Shown here: in pieces, positions 30,955 to 32,000 of the stretch
Layout of the letters: the number at the start of each line of letters is the position of its first letter
Position numbering within the stretch: the stretch's first letter is position 1
Assembly: GCF_004376175.1 (NCBI RefSeq)
Contig: NZ_SNUY01000007.1
Location: 1-32,000 of the forward strand
Direction: 5' to 3'
DNA length: 32,000 bases
Origin: Halalkalibacterium halodurans
Lineage (GTDB): Bacteria; Bacillota; Bacilli; Bacillales; Bacillaceae_D
The notes under the pieces: model-generated
What the model was told of the DNA's origin: nothing
What the model saw: the letters and a program-made list of their open reading frames with translations, nothing else
Database searches by the model: none
Position numbers and translations under genes: made by a program

Positions 30955-32000
30955 ATGAAGAAAAAAGTTGTGCTTATTGTTTCAATCTCCCTTGTAGCCC
31001 TCATTGCAATTGGCTTTGTCGGCTACCGCTACCTGCTACCCGCTCAATTTGCGTCATCAGATTTCATGGATGACGGCGAGATTTTCGGAGAAAGAGTAGG
31101 AGATTTAATGATGGTTCAAGAGTCTCACGGACTTTTCTCAGGGAAAGTAGAACCGGAAAAGAATGAAAACATCTACTATGATCCCGAAAAAGGAGCAATA
31201 AAAGAAGTGTTCGTCGAGGAAGGCGATGAAATTGATGAGGAGACACCTCTTTTTGAATACGAATTAAACGAGGATATCGATGATGAGCGAGATCAACTCC
31301 AGCTCCAATTAGATCTAGCATACTTGCAAATCAACGAGTCAGAGAAAAAGAAACAGAAGCTAGACAAATCAATTAAGAATGCAGTGGATGATGAAGAAAA
31401 GGAAATGCTTGAAGAGGAGCGCGCACAGCTAGATTTTGAGTTACGCCAGCTTAATTTAGAAGCTGCGCAAACAAAGAAACAACTAGACCGTCTCGTGCCG
31501 GCTGAGGAAGAAGCGATCGTGATGAGTAAAAGCAGCGGGATCGTGCAGTCAATCAATCAAGATTTAGTTGAAGGGATGCAAGGTGAAGCGATGAATTCAC
31601 CGTTTATTCAAGTCGTCTCAACGGGCTCTTATCTTGTAAAAAGCCAAGTTAATGAATTTATTCTTGATACACTTGAAGTGGACATGCCAGTAAAAATCAC
31701 AAAGAAAACAGGTGGAGACGAGGAATGGGTTGGTGTGATTACCGATATCGGTAAAATTCCTGTTGGCAGTGATCAGGACGACATGGGGTACGACATGTAC
31801 GATTCAAATCCTCAATCTTCAAATTATCCGTTCACTGTTCGAATTGATGAACATGAAGGGCTTGAAATTGGCTTTCATGTCAACATCGAACCAGTGCTTC
31901 ATGATGAAGAGGGCGGAACGGTCGTCCTTTTTGAAGAATATGTACAGTTCGATGACGATGGACAAGCTTTTGTATGGGTAGCTGATGAAAACTTGTTAAC
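30955..32000 (+). CDS. HlyD/membrane-fusion-protein-type periplasmic adaptor (YknX-like); the 3' end lies beyond the right window edge
   Basis: The ATG at 30955 follows GGAAGGGG. The frame stays open to the window end, so it is absent from the ORF track. My translation shows an N-terminal TM (VVLIVSISLVALIAIGFVGY) and a lipoyl-like hairpin (GAIKEVFVEEGDEIDEETPLFEYE). It also shows a coiled coil (LQLQLDLAYLQINESEKKKQKL...) and then a beta-rich region. Confidence 0.7.
   Translation, partial: MKKKVVLIVSISLVALIAIGFVGYRYLLPAQFASSDFMDDGEIFGERVGDLMMVQESHGLFSGKVEPEKNENIYYDPEKGAIKEVFVEEGDEIDEETPLFEYELNEDIDDERDQLQLQLDLAYLQINESEKKKQKLDKSIKNAVDDEEKEMLEEERAQLDFELRQLNLEAAQTKKQLDRLVPAEEEAIVMSKSSGIVQSINQDLVEGMQGEAMNSPFIQVVSTGSYLVKSQVNEFILDTLEVDMPVKITKKTGGDEEWVGVITDIGKIPVGSDQDDMGYDMYDSNPQSSNYPFTVRIDEHEGLEIGFHVNIEPVLHDEEGGTVVLFEEYVQFDDDGQAFVWVADENLL

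Noticed and set aside
31064-31556. Two minus-strand ORFs (85 and 87 aa) at the right end
   Set aside because: They are antisense to the plus-strand adaptor gene (30955 to the window end), which has an RBS, a TM anchor, a lipoyl-like hairpin and a coiled coil. The Ser/Leu/Arg-rich products are the complement of a Glu/Lys-rich coiled coil.

Overview
The window looks like a Firmicutes (Bacillaceae-type) cell-envelope polymer locus: GGAGG-type ribosome-binding sites, ywqCDE-like and TagGH-like genes. I saw no rRNA, tRNA, CRISPR or transposase/integrase genes. Nearly all of 2258-24579 is a minus-strand gene train. From the upstream end it contains three small glycosyltransferases (two GT4, one GT2), a TagG-like ABC-2 permease, a TagH-like ATPase with two fused nucleotide-binding domains, and two tandem paralogous ~850-890 aa GT2+GT-B glycosyltransferases. 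These are followed by the unusual part: six ATP-grasp ligase genes. One is TupA-like. Five resemble the ATP-grasp G domain of cyanophycin synthetase but lack its Mur-ligase-like domain. An Asp/Glu-family racemase gene and a CapA/PgsA-family gene are interleaved with them. Four of the ligases carry a C-terminal acylphosphatase-like domain, canonical in only one, then a coiled coil and a conserved SxSW(K/Q)xTxP(L/F)RK tail. I read this as candidate machinery for a non-ribosomal acidic, possibly D-amino-acid-containing, peptide coupled to an ABC-exported glycopolymer (teichuronopeptide-like). To the right lie an SGNH-type hydrolase, a ywqC-ywqD-ywqE-like tyrosine-kinase module, an LCP ligase, a 3xPG-binding NlpC/P60 hydrolase and a partial HlyD-type adaptor. 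The left edge holds a partial secreted protein made of peptidoglycan-binding repeats that includes a near-perfect 426-bp in-frame tandem duplication. All calls rest on reading the translations and the DNA by eye; no searches or alignments were run.
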